Program-made: the position numbers and the translations under genes | Shown here: piece by piece, positions 1 through 8,705 of the stretch | Layout of the letters: every line of letters starts with the position of its first letter | How positions within the stretch are numbered: position 1 is the first letter of the stretch | IMG/VR virus record: IMGVR_UViG_3300037400_006004 | Location: 32,001 to 96,000 of that record | DNA: 64,000 nt | DNA from: a virus | Lineage: Duplodnaviria; Caudoviricetes | Reading direction: 5' to 3' (one strand) | The notes under the pieces: model-generated | Seen by the model: the letters and a program-made list of their open reading frames with translations, nothing else | Database searches by the model: none | Told to the model about the DNA's origin: nothing

Positions 1-7
1 TAAAATT

Positions 8-42
8 TAATTCCTATAGAGATAATTTCTCTATAGGAATTA
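8..42. terminator. Hairpin terminator (CCTATAG family)
   Basis: Inverted repeat taattcctatagaga/tctctataggaatta just downstream of 46..438(-). Confidence 0.75.
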
Positions 43-45
43 TAA

Positions 46-438
46 TTAATGATTTTTCATTTTTTCTCTAGCTAGATAAGTTCTTCCCATTCTACCTAAT
101 TTTCTAAAATCTTTATCTGAGTTTATATCATATTCATGTGTTGTTTCATTATTTCCATTTTTAATTCTCAATTTCTTTTCTTTACGATTATATTCTATTT
201 TAGATTTTGGATCTAATTTATTAATATCTATGTTTCCTTTTCTAACTTCATTAGCTATTCCTATTGTTGAAGCCATATCTCTATCACGTTGTCTATCTTT
301 ATGTATTCCATAAAGTACACTTCCAGCTACACCTGCTGCTGATAATCCAGCTGCAATTTTAGCTCCTTTATTTTCATTAAGAATATCATATAAAGCATCA
401 TAGTAACCTTCCATAAAAATTTCATCATAAGTAGCCAT
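46..438 (-). CDS. Small late protein with FMEGY...LNE leader and Gly/Ala hydrophobic helix (putative head cargo)
   Basis: MATYDEIFMEGYYDALYDILNE then IAAGLSAAGVAGSVLYGI and a basic tail; SD GAAGGT; late promoter upstream. Confidence 0.6.
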   Translation of the reverse strand: MATYDEIFMEGYYDALYDILNENKGAKIAAGLSAAGVAGSVLYGIHKDRQRDRDMASTIGIANEVRKGNIDINKLDPKSKIEYNRKEKKLRIKNGNNETTHEYDINSDKDFRKLGRMGRTYLAREKMKNH

Positions 439-468
439 ATCAAATACCTTCTTTCATAAATAATTTAA

Positions 469-480
469 TAATTATTAGTT
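469..480 (-). promoter_or_regulatory. Late-type promoter AACT-N6-TA
   Basis: Reverse complement AACTaataatTA upstream of 46..438. Confidence 0.55.
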
Positions 481-492
481 TTTTTTTAAATA

Positions 493-504
493 AACTAATC
501 TTTA
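493..504 (+). promoter_or_regulatory. Late-type promoter AACT-N6-TA
   Basis: AACTaatcttTA upstream of 531. Confidence 0.55.
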
Positions 505-530
505 TAAATCTTAAAAAAGAAGGTGTTATT

Positions 531-1268
531 ATGCTTAAATTTTTAGAGCAAGATGGAGAATCTATTAGATTTACAGGCGATATTCTTAACGTATATTTAC
601 CTAAGAATTATTTTGAATCTGGTGTTGCTTCATATAATGGTAATGAAGTAAATACTATTGCATATTTCTTTTTTGAAGTAAAAACTTTTGCAATGGAAGA
701 AAAAGATGAAATGGGTCATATATATACTTTTAAACTTCCTGCTAGAATAGTATTTGAATTTGATGATAAGAATTCAAAAACTATGAATATTAAAGATACT
801 GGTGATATTCAGTATGATATTCTTACTATGAATAGAGGAAGTATTTTTGTAAAAAATATTAACGTAGAAAAATCAGCTGCAAACGCTAAAGACTTTTTAT
901 ATATGTTACATAAAGGACGTTTTCCTTCTTTAATTCCATATGATGAAATTATTAAAATTTATATGCAAAATATTGATCTTAATGGAATGGATTTAGGTTG
1001 TCAAAATACTATTTATGAGATGATGATTGGTGAATTAATGAGAAATAAGAAAAATGTTAAAGAACCTTTTAGAAAAACTGCAAATAAAGCTAATGTATCT
1101 CCTCTTGACTATAAAAATATTAATATGAAGAATATTGCATTCTTTAGTAGTTCTTACTCAGCAATTGGCTTTGAAGATATGAATAAGGCATTAATTAGTT
1201 CTACGGCTAAAGCGCTTAATAATGAAAAAGAAATTACTTCTCCTGTTGAGAAAGTTCTTAAATATTAA
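531..1268 (+). CDS. RNA polymerase beta'-like C-terminal fragment (probably virion RNAP)
   Basis: IYEMMIGELMR and SSSYSAIGFEDMNKAL resemble the beta' C-terminal motifs HIEVIVRQM and SFLSAASFQETTRVL; late promoter. Confidence 0.6.
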   Translation: MLKFLEQDGESIRFTGDILNVYLPKNYFESGVASYNGNEVNTIAYFFFEVKTFAMEEKDEMGHIYTFKLPARIVFEFDDKNSKTMNIKDTGDIQYDILTMNRGSIFVKNINVEKSAANAKDFLYMLHKGRFPSLIPYDEIIKIYMQNIDLNGMDLGCQNTIYEMMIGELMRNKKNVKEPFRKTANKANVSPLDYKNINMKNIAFFSSSYSAIGFEDMNKALISSTAKALNNEKEITSPVEKVLKY

Positions 1269-1276
1269 AAAAAAAT

Positions 1277-1305
1277 AACCCTTATGGATTTTTTCCATAA
1301 GGGTT
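1277..1305. terminator. Intrinsic terminator
   Basis: aacccttatgga/tccataagggtt plus T tract. Confidence 0.8.
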
Positions 1306-1307
1306 TT

Positions 1308-1321
1308 TATATTTATATTAT
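1308..1321 (+). promoter_or_regulatory. Early-type promoter motif
   Basis: TATATTTATATTAT, close to the recurrent TAAATATATATTAT motif. Confidence 0.4.
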
Positions 1322-1370
1322 TTATTTGAAATAATAAATTTTAATATTTTAAAAAGTGAGGTATGTAAAT

Positions 1371-2747
1371 ATGATTAAAATTAGTTGTCATGAAGATATC
1401 ATTAATTATTGTCAAGAAAATAATATAGGTGTTGAAACATTTAATGAACCAGTAGAAATCGTTATAAAAAATACTACTAATTTATCAGAATTATTTTCTA
1501 ATTGTAAACTTTTTAATCAGCCTGTAATCATTCCTGAAGGTACAACAAATACATCATTTATGTTTGTAGGATGTATATCGTTCAATCAGCCTGTAACTAT
1601 TCCTGATACCGTACAATATACTAACAATATGTTTGATACGTGTATTAAATTTAATCAACCAATAATATTACCAGCAGAATTAAAAGAAGCTATCGAAATG
1701 TTTCTAGACTGTTATACATTTAATAGTCCTGTTTCTTTTGAAAAAATTAAAAGTTATCAACATAGAAAAATGTTAACTTTAGATTCTATGTTCGAAAACT
1801 GTCATAAATTTAATCAACCAGTTAATATTCCATATGCTAATTCTTGTGAAGGAATGTTTCAAAATTGTTACAACTTTAATAGTAAAATAAATTTTGTAGA
1901 ATATGATAAATGGTATGATATTTACACAAAAGAAGAAGATCCTCTTACTTTAACAAGATTTCTTTTTAATTGTTATTCTTTTAATCAAAAGATTGAATTT
2001 CCCAATCAATTTACTAGATATGTAACAAAAGCATTTGAAAATTGTTATTCATTTAACCAAGAAGTAGTTTTTGATGGATGGACTAAACATTTAGAACATG
2101 CTTTCCGTAATTGTACCGAATTTAATTCTAATATTACACTACCAAAAAACAAACGAGATATCTGCGTTAATGGATTACTAGAAGGATGTATTAGTTTTAA
2201 TTCTTCTATTATAACAGATATAATTCCTTACAGTATTGAAGGAATGTTTAAAAATTGTAAAAATTTAACACATTTAAGCTTAGATATAAAAGGAATTTTA
2301 GATAATTACAATATTAAAGAAATTTTTAAAAATTGTGATAAACTCAGATTCGATGAACCTTTAAATATATTTGACAATATAAAAGATATTAAACATAGAT
2401 ATGAATATTATGAAGATGCTTTTGCAGGAACAAATATTGATTTAAAAAGTAAAATAGAAAATTTTAAAAATGTTACTACATTAATGAAGTTTTTTGCTTT
2501 TGTAAGTAAATATGATTTTGATCGATTTAAAGAAAGAGTAAAAGTTAAAATAAATGATACAAATATTACGGTTAGTTTAAAATCATTCTTATCAACTAGA
2601 TTTACACATAAAAATGATTATACTTATATGTATAATGATTATACAGAAACAATTACAGTATTATATGATAATGAATATACTCGTAGAAATCCTATATCAG
2701 ATCATGCTATTGCTAAGATGCTTTTAGATAGCACACTTGAAAAATAA
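1371..2747 (+). CDS. BspA/DUF285-like leucine-rich repeat protein (degenerate repeats)
   Basis: Repeated MFxxCxxFNQPVxIP units; ATG at 1371 after GAGGT preferred over GTG at 1356. Confidence 0.8.
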   Translation: MIKISCHEDIINYCQENNIGVETFNEPVEIVIKNTTNLSELFSNCKLFNQPVIIPEGTTNTSFMFVGCISFNQPVTIPDTVQYTNNMFDTCIKFNQPIILPAELKEAIEMFLDCYTFNSPVSFEKIKSYQHRKMLTLDSMFENCHKFNQPVNIPYANSCEGMFQNCYNFNSKINFVEYDKWYDIYTKEEDPLTLTRFLFNCYSFNQKIEFPNQFTRYVTKAFENCYSFNQEVVFDGWTKHLEHAFRNCTEFNSNITLPKNKRDICVNGLLEGCISFNSSIITDIIPYSIEGMFKNCKNLTHLSLDIKGILDNYNIKEIFKNCDKLRFDEPLNIFDNIKDIKHRYEYYEDAFAGTNIDLKSKIENFKNVTTLMKFFAFVSKYDFDRFKERVKVKINDTNITVSLKSFLSTRFTHKNDYTYMYNDYTETITVLYDNEYTRRNPISDHAIAKMLLDSTLEK

Positions 2748-2749
2748 AA

Positions 2750-2782
2750 ATATTTCTTAAGGAAATTTTCCTTAAGAAATAT
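2750..2782. terminator. Hairpin (CTTAAG family)
   Basis: atatttcttaaggaaa/tttccttaagaaatat between the two LRR genes. Confidence 0.6.
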
Positions 2783-2830
2783 ATATACAAATATAAAATA
2801 TAATATTTTAAGTCTAAAGGAGAAAATATT

Positions 2831-4072
2831 ATGAATAAATATATCATTATTAATGGAGAAAAATACAATAATATAGGTGATTATTGTGCAAAACAAGGTA
2901 TATCACTGGAATGTTTTAATCAACCAGTTATTATTCCTGAAGGAGTAAAAGATTGTTCGAGTATGTTTCAATGGTGTGAATCATTTAATCAGCCAGTTAT
3001 TATTCCAAAAGGTGTTAAAGATTGTTCGAGTATGTTTAGTGATTGTACATCTTTTAATCAGCCAATAATTATTCCAGAAAGTGTTGAAGATTGTTCGAGT
3101 ATGTTTGCTGGTTGCAAATCTTTTAATCAACCAATAATTATTCCTGAAGGAATGGATAATTGTAACTTTATATTCTATAATTGTACATCTTTTAATCAAC
3201 CAGTTACTATTCCAGAAGGTGTTGAAAGTTGTTTATATATGTTTGCTGGTTGCAAATCTTTTAATCAACCAGTTACTATTCCAGAAGGTGTTGAAAGTTG
3301 TTTATATATGTTTGCTGGTTGCAAATCTTTTAATCAACCAGTTACTATTCCAGAAGGTGTTGAAGATTGTTCGTATATGTTCTATAATTGCAAATCTTTT
3401 AATCAACCAGTTACTATTCCAGAAGGTGTTGAAGATTGTTCGTATATGTTCTATAATTGTACATCTTTTAATCAACCAGTTACTATTCCAGAAGGTGTTG
3501 AAAGTTGTTTGTATATGTTCTATAATTGCAAATCTTTTAATCAACCAGTTACTATTCCAGAAGGTGTTGAAGATTGTTCGTATATGTTCTATAATTGCAA
3601 ATCTTTTAATCAGCCAATAATTATTCCAAAAAGTGTTAATGGATATCTTAGAATGTTTACAGAATGTTGTAATTTTACAGAAAGTGTAGTTTTAATTATA
3701 GGAAAAAAGAAAGATATATACATATTTGATAATCAAAGATACCTGATAAATGGAAAAGAATATAGTAATGAAGACCTTCCATATATTAAATTTAAATCTA
3801 CTGATAAAATAAAAATTGATGTTAAATGTAATAAAATTATAGTTGAAAATGAAATTGATGCATTTAGATTTAAAACTGCAACTTTTACAAATAGTGATAT
3901 TATTACTTTCAAAATAAATGGAAATATTTATCGTAAAACACAATTAAAGAATTTTAGAATAAATAAAAATGATAAATTTGAATATGATAAAAAGACTAAA
4001 ACATTAACCTTTTTTAATGAAATAGATGAAGCTAGAATAGCTAAAAGTATGATTAATAGAGCATTATCTTAA
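2831..4072 (+). CDS. BspA/DUF285-like leucine-rich repeat protein
   Basis: 11 x 23-aa FNQPVTIPEGVEDCSYMFYNCKS-type repeats; C-terminal region resembles that of 1371..2747. Confidence 0.85.
   Translation: MNKYIIINGEKYNNIGDYCAKQGISLECFNQPVIIPEGVKDCSSMFQWCESFNQPVIIPKGVKDCSSMFSDCTSFNQPIIIPESVEDCSSMFAGCKSFNQPIIIPEGMDNCNFIFYNCTSFNQPVTIPEGVESCLYMFAGCKSFNQPVTIPEGVESCLYMFAGCKSFNQPVTIPEGVEDCSYMFYNCKSFNQPVTIPEGVEDCSYMFYNCTSFNQPVTIPEGVESCLYMFYNCKSFNQPVTIPEGVEDCSYMFYNCKSFNQPIIIPKSVNGYLRMFTECCNFTESVVLIIGKKKDIYIFDNQRYLINGKEYSNEDLPYIKFKSTDKIKIDVKCNKIIVENEIDAFRFKTATFTNSDIITFKINGNIYRKTQLKNFRINKNDKFEYDKKTKTLTFFNEIDEARIAKSMINRALS
2915..3673 (+). repeat. 69-bp coding tandem repeat, 11 units
   Basis: Near-identical tttaatcaaccagttactattccagaaggtgttgaa... 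units with 69-nt period. Confidence 0.95.
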
Positions 4073-4084
4073 GCTATAACGAAT

Positions 4085-4124
4085 AAAAATAACTCATAGA
4101 ATACATATTCTATGAGTTATTTTT
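4085..4124. terminator. Bidirectional terminator
   Basis: aaaaataactcatagaat/attctatgagttattttt between convergent genes. Confidence 0.8.
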
Positions 4125-4126
4125 TT

Positions 4127-4516
4127 TTATAGCATATTTTCTTTTTTCATTCTAGCAGCTCTAACAGCATTTATATTAGCTATAGATTTTTCATGTTCAG
4201 CTTGAGCTTTTCTACGTTTATTCTTAGATTCTTTTTCTTCAACTTCTGCTTTCTGTTTTCTTTCTTCCATTTTAAGTCTCTTCCAAGTTTTAAAGTTTGG
4301 ATACATTTTAGGATTTCTTCTATGATCCAGCTCGTATTTTCTCATTTCTTTATCTTCAAAGTTATCAATACTAAGTTGTCCACCTGCTTGCTGATATGCA
4401 AGATATCTCATTTTCTTTTTTCTATCTTCTTTCTCTCTTTCTTTATCAGCTGCTTTAAATTCTTTTTTAGCTTTAATACTTTGAATTATACTTTCAACTA
4501 AATATGTGTTTTTCAT
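4127..4516 (-). CDS. Basic hypothetical protein with short YLVE leader
   Basis: ORF with SD GAGGTGG, ATGA overlap with the upstream gene. Confidence 0.65.
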   Translation of the reverse strand: MKNTYLVESIIQSIKAKKEFKAADKEREKEDRKKKMRYLAYQQAGGQLSIDNFEDKEMRKYELDHRRNPKMYPNFKTWKRLKMEERKQKAEVEEKESKNKRRKAQAEHEKSIANINAVRAARMKKENML

Positions 4517-5199
4517 ATTTCCACCACCTCATATCTATTATTATCTTCATCATAAGCAAATTCTTCTTCTTCAACAGTATCAAATCTTACAATTTTAATA
4601 ACAGATGTATCAAAACCACTATCTTCAATAATATTATAGTCTTCATCTATTACATAAAGTTCTTTATCTTTTGTACATACAATAGTATATTCATCTGGTA
4701 AGACTTGTTTCTTTTTAGTTTCTTGCTTTTTGGTTTCTTCACCTTCAGATAATCTAGCTTCAAGAATTTTATCAATTTCAGCATCAGATGGTTGTTCTAC
4801 TGGAATATTCTCTTCATCTTCAATAGCACTCTGTTTAAGAATACTTTTATCATTTTTATTAAGTAACTTATAAATTTCAAGAACTTCTTGGCTAACACCA
4901 GATGCTTGTTCTTCAAGTTTATTATTAGCAGTAAACATTTTAGTTTCAATTTCCATCTTAGCTTTTTTAATATTAGTTAATTCTTTAATAATATTTAATT
5001 TTTTCTCTTTAATTGAAATTAAATTAGCTGTTTGTGAAGCCATAAAAACAGGGTTAGCTCTAGTTGGTGTCTTACTTACAGCATCTAATCTAGTCTTAGC
5101 TTCTCCAAAAAGAACATCTAAAGAAGATAATTCATCTTTAAGCATTTGATATTCTTCATCAAGTTCTTCTGGTGTAAGAACTAACTTATTTCCAGCCAT
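4513..5199 (-). CDS. Hypothetical coiled-coil/acidic protein
   Basis: ORF, SD AGGAG, late promoter at 5227..5238. Confidence 0.7.
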   Translation of the reverse strand: MAGNKLVLTPEELDEEYQMLKDELSSLDVLFGEAKTRLDAVSKTPTRANPVFMASQTANLISIKEKKLNIIKELTNIKKAKMEIETKMFTANNKLEEQASGVSQEVLEIYKLLNKNDKSILKQSAIEDEENIPVEQPSDAEIDKILEARLSEGEETKKQETKKKQVLPDEYTIVCTKDKELYVIDEDYNIIEDSGFDTSVIKIVRFDTVEEEEFAYDEDNNRYEVVEI

Positions 5200-5257
5200 T
5201 TGTATCACTCCTTTATTAAATAATAATAATCTATAGTTTTTATAATAATGAAAAAAA

Positions 5258-5288
5258 AAAGACTACCTCAAGTTATGAGGTAGTCTTT
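5258..5288 (-). terminator. Intrinsic terminator
   Basis: aaagactacctca/tgaggtagtcttt with A10 tract on + (U tract on -). Confidence 0.8.
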
Positions 5289-5291
5289 AAT

Positions 5292-5846
5292 TTATTCTTC
5301 GTCTTCTTCTTTTAAGTCATCATGAAAAATTGAATATATAAAGTATTTACCAAAATAAAGCTTCATATATTCTTTTAATACTGGGTCATTCGATTCATTG
5401 ATGATATTTTTAAGTTTTCCTTCATCTAAAACAACCTTTTCTTCATCTTCGAATCTATAAACTAAAATAAACGAAGTAAATACTTCGCTATCCCAGCTTC
5501 CAGTAATAGGATATTGGTATATAATTGGCTCACCATCAGAAGCTTTCTTAAGATCTCCAACAGCTAAATTTAGTTCAAGACCTTTTATCATAATAGATGC
5601 TTTTCGATTACTATCAAATTTAATAATATGAGAATTATAATCATCATTAAGTTTCATCCAAGCCTCCGTCTTTACAGTATTTCCAAAGTCTTTCTGAAAT
5701 CCATTTGAAATTCCTTCATACTTTTCTTGAAATACTGAAGGATGTCTATATTCATCGATTCTATATGAAACTGTTCCATTTTCATTAATAACACGACAAA
5801 TATATATTCCTTCTTCTGTAGGTTTTTCGCTTATATGAGTAAACAT
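5292..5846 (-). CDS. Hypothetical protein
   Basis: 184-aa ORF, SD GGAGGT. Confidence 0.7.
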   Translation of the reverse strand: MFTHISEKPTEEGIYICRVINENGTVSYRIDEYRHPSVFQEKYEGISNGFQKDFGNTVKTEAWMKLNDDYNSHIIKFDSNRKASIMIKGLELNLAVGDLKKASDGEPIIYQYPITGSWDSEVFTSFILVYRFEDEEKVVLDEGKLKNIINESNDPVLKEYMKLYFGKYFIYSIFHDDLKEEDEE

Positions 5847-5848
5847 AA

Positions 5849-6007
5849 TTAATAACCTCCTCTACATGCAAGTTTTTCCTTTTGTTTCTTTTTATTTGGA
5901 ATAACTTTAGCAGCAGGGTTCATTGCACCCCAAGTGTTTCTTTTAGAATTATTAATTTTCTTCTGCTCTTTTTTAGATAATTTTTCAAATGAAATAAACT
6001 TTTCCAT
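5849..6007 (-). CDS. Small basic protein, 52 aa (absent from ORF track)
   Basis: MEKFISFEKLSKKEQKKINNSKRNTWGAMNPAAKVIPNKKKQKEKLACRGGY; SD GGAGGG. Confidence 0.75.
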   Translation of the reverse strand: MEKFISFEKLSKKEQKKINNSKRNTWGAMNPAAKVIPNKKKQKEKLACRGGY

Positions 6008-6035
6008 ATTATATCCCTCCATAAATAGAATGTTA

Positions 6036-6269
6036 TTATTTACCTTTCTTTTTTATACTTTTTATGTGATCATAAGGTTTTTTACCGAACCTCCTACAAT
6101 AATTTATAAATATAACTCCATTTATATTATTATGTGATGGTAACGCAAAACTTTCCTTTTGTGAATTTATATAAATTATATGCTCACCGTCATTTCGGAC
6201 AAAAGTAAAGCCATCATTTTTCAAAATCTTTTGAAAATCCTTCTTTTTGATATTAGACAATACGCTCAT
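6036..6269 (-). CDS. HicA-family mRNA interferase-like protein
   Basis: 77 aa, basic; LKNDGFTFVRNDGEHIIY...ALPSH fits the HicA pattern LxxxGFxxxRxxGSHxxY...VPxH. Confidence 0.65.
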   Translation of the reverse strand: MSVLSNIKKKDFQKILKNDGFTFVRNDGEHIIYINSQKESFALPSHNNINGVIFINYCRRFGKKPYDHIKSIKKKGK

Positions 6270-6315
6270 TGTAATCTCTCCCTAAAAATATAATTTTGGT
6301 AAATCTACCACGATA

Positions 6316-6329
6316 ATAATATAAATTTA
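6316..6329 (-). promoter_or_regulatory. Early-type promoter motif
   Basis: Reverse complement TAAATTTATATTAT. Confidence 0.5.
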
Positions 6330-6332
6330 AAA

Positions 6333-6362
6333 AACCCCTTAAGGATTTTTCCTTAAGGGGTT
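6333..6362. terminator. Terminator (CCTTAAGG family)
   Basis: aaccccttaagga/tccttaaggggtt after the chaperonin gene. Confidence 0.8.
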
Positions 6363-6366
6363 ATTA

Positions 6367-8028
6367 TTAAAATGTTCCTTTACAAATAAACTGATTTGAA
6401 GTTACAAGAATACCAATAATACTAATTACTGCCTTAAGAATTTCTGTTTCTGTCTTAAGAGAATTAATAATATCAGTATTTTTATCATTCTCAAAATTCT
6501 TTGTTTTTAAGTTATATATACATCTTTCATCTACACATTTATTAATTATTTCATTTGCTTGTTCTTCTGTTTTTCCTGCATTTAAAAGTACATACTTATA
6601 ACAATCTTTAAAAGAATTACTTACAAGATTAGTAAGAGTATTTAAAAGTTCATAATTAGAAGAAGCTCTATCATAAACAGTATGCTTAATGGTCTTTGGA
6701 ATTGTAAGATTACCACCAGATACATATCCAGTTTCTAATGCTGCCTTACAAGCAAAAATACTGTCTTCAATAAGATACTTACGATTATTCTTTTCAAGTT
6801 CAGTATCTCCACCAACATAATACTTTACAATAGAAGAATTAAGATTACCTCGTCTAGTTTCAAGTTTAAAAATTCTATCTTCAAATGTATCATCATGAAG
6901 TTCTTTAAACTTATTAATCTCTTCAGTAATATGATCTACTCTATCTTTAAGTTCCTGATCGGAACATCTTCTACCAATAACTTTAGTTGTCTTATTAGTG
7001 ATTGCAATTTCATCACAAGAACCTAGCATTTTATAAAAATTCTTTTTAAAGTCTTCTTCTTTATCAAAAGTCTTATCATAAATAGTACTCTTAGTAAATA
7101 ATGCAATATCCTTAAAAATTTCTTCCTGATTCTTATTAGCGAAATTAAAATCTACTAAACAAATCTGAAGATTAGGATTCTGCTTCTTATTAATAATCCA
7201 ACAAGAAACAAACTCTACAGAAAAACTTCTAGCAATAATAACTACAGGCTTAGTCTGCTGAGATACAAGATTACCAATTACATCTACAATATAATTAAGA
7301 TCAGTAGAATCAAGTCTATCATTACACATAAAAATAAAAGGTTCTTTAACTTTAAACTCAGGCTTATTTCTATTATTGGAAAAATCTTCTGCAATCATAC
7401 CAGTTGCAAATTCAAGACCATTAAGATACTCATATGTATCATTATTATCTTTAGAATTCTCTAAATAAATAAAGCCTTCTCTACCAATCTTTTTATAAAT
7501 ATCATAAATATTCTTACCAACAATTGGATCATTATTATTAGAAACTTCTGCAATCTTTCTAATTACATCAAAATTCTCTTCAGTAATAGGAGTTGCAAAT
7601 TCTTTAATATCTTGATTAATATATTCTTCAATCTGTTTTAAACCATCAAAAATTTCCTTTGGAGCATAGTCTTTTAATTCAGTAGCAAGAGCATTGTTAA
7701 TATTATTAAATAAACTTTCTGCAATAACTACTGAAGAAGTACTACCATCACCAACTGTTTGTACTAAATTAAAGGAAATTTTCTTAATAATTTCATAAAT
7801 AGTTCTAGCTACAGGACTTTCAAATCTAAGTGATGACAAAATAGTATAACCGTCCTTTGTAGCAACATGTCCATTAATCTTATCTTCAATAATAGTCGAA
7901 GATCCATAATATCCTAAAGACTTTCTTAAACTATCTGCAATAATTTTTAAAGTCTTTTCAGATAATTTCTTATAATCTTCTTCACAAACTATATTTGAAG
8001 CTTCGCTATTAATAAGTGTGTTATCCAT
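6367..8028 (-). CDS. groEL: Phage GroEL-like chaperonin
   Basis: SLGYYGS, TKDGYTI, VGDGSTSS, IEDSIFACKAA, GYVSGG motifs; 553 aa; no GGM tail. Confidence 0.92.
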   Translation of the reverse strand: MDNTLINSEASNIVCEEDYKKLSEKTLKIIADSLRKSLGYYGSSTIIEDKINGHVATKDGYTILSSLRFESPVARTIYEIIKKISFNLVQTVGDGSTSSVVIAESLFNNINNALATELKDYAPKEIFDGLKQIEEYINQDIKEFATPITEENFDVIRKIAEVSNNNDPIVGKNIYDIYKKIGREGFIYLENSKDNNDTYEYLNGLEFATGMIAEDFSNNRNKPEFKVKEPFIFMCNDRLDSTDLNYIVDVIGNLVSQQTKPVVIIARSFSVEFVSCWIINKKQNPNLQICLVDFNFANKNQEEIFKDIALFTKSTIYDKTFDKEEDFKKNFYKMLGSCDEIAITNKTTKVIGRRCSDQELKDRVDHITEEINKFKELHDDTFEDRIFKLETRRGNLNSSIVKYYVGGDTELEKNNRKYLIEDSIFACKAALETGYVSGGNLTIPKTIKHTVYDRASSNYELLNTLTNLVSNSFKDCYKYVLLNAGKTEEQANEIINKCVDERCIYNLKTKNFENDKNTDIINSLKTETEILKAVISIIGILVTSNQFICKGTF

Positions 8029-8033
8029 ATAAG

Positions 8034-8423
8034 TTACTCCTCTATTAAATCAACTTTTACTTTTAAAGTTTGATCTTTAGAAATAAAAGTATATATTTTT
8101 TTATCTTTTGTGATATCAAAAACACCATCTAAACCATATTTCTTTATTATAGAATCGATATCCTTTGGTTTACTAAAAACAAAGGATATCTTTCTAAAAT
8201 TACGTATATTACTATCTTTTGAATTACAGTCAAAACCTTCTTTAACTTTATATTTAACATTTTCTAAATTCAAAATATTAACTAAAGCATTAAATTGATA
8301 TCCATGTTTTTTATCTAACGATTCTTTAAAATTTTCATATGCTATATCAGCTAATTGGTCAATTTCACTTTTTACTAAATGGTCAGATGGTTGCATAAGA
8401 TCATTATAATAAAAATAAATCAT
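8034..8423 (-). CDS. Hypothetical protein
   Basis: 129-aa ORF inside the operon. Confidence 0.65.
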   Translation of the reverse strand: MIYFYYNDLMQPSDHLVKSEIDQLADIAYENFKESLDKKHGYQFNALVNILNLENVKYKVKEGFDCNSKDSNIRNFRKISFVFSKPKDIDSIIKKYGLDGVFDITKDKKIYTFISKDQTLKVKVDLIEE

Positions 8424-8462
8424 TTAAATCAACCAACTTTCTATATAATATATGCTCAGCCA

Positions 8463-8705
8463 TTAGCTTCCTTTTTGTAGTTTCTTTCTTTCATTCTCTA
8501 GTTTTTCTTCTCTTACTTCTTTCATAGCTAAAAGTAAAGAATATTCCATATCCATCATTTCTTGAATGGATATTTTACCTTCGAATAAATCAACTAAATA
8601 TAATAAGAAGCTAGCACTATTTTTATATTTTTCTTTTATTCTTTCATTACCAATAATATCTTTACTTATTGGCTGAGCATTAGACGAAAAAGTACATTTT
8701 CCATA
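8463..8705 (-). CDS. Start-less -1 frame extension of the 8666..9928 chaperone (G/GT-like frameshift product)
   Basis: 80 open codons ...SFLLYLVDLFEGKISIQEMMDMEYSLLLAMKEVREEKLENE...; no ATG/GTG/TTG before the MMDM; overlaps the 3' end of 8666..9928 in the -1 frame. Confidence 0.65.
   Translation of the reverse strand, partial: YGKCTFSSNAQPISKDIIGNERIKEKYKNSASFLLYLVDLFEGKISIQEMMDMEYSLLLAMKEVREEKLENERKKLQKGS

Noticed and set aside
2981-3620. Overlapping ORFs 2981..3199, 3219..3620 and 3302..3544
   Set aside because: Shadow frames created by the 69-bp repeat; no SD or independent signal.
2915-3673. CRISPR array or DGR template/variable repeat
   Set aside because: Repeats are contiguous, in frame and spacer-less. 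Differences are not adenine-specific, and no reverse transcriptase or cas gene is present in the window.
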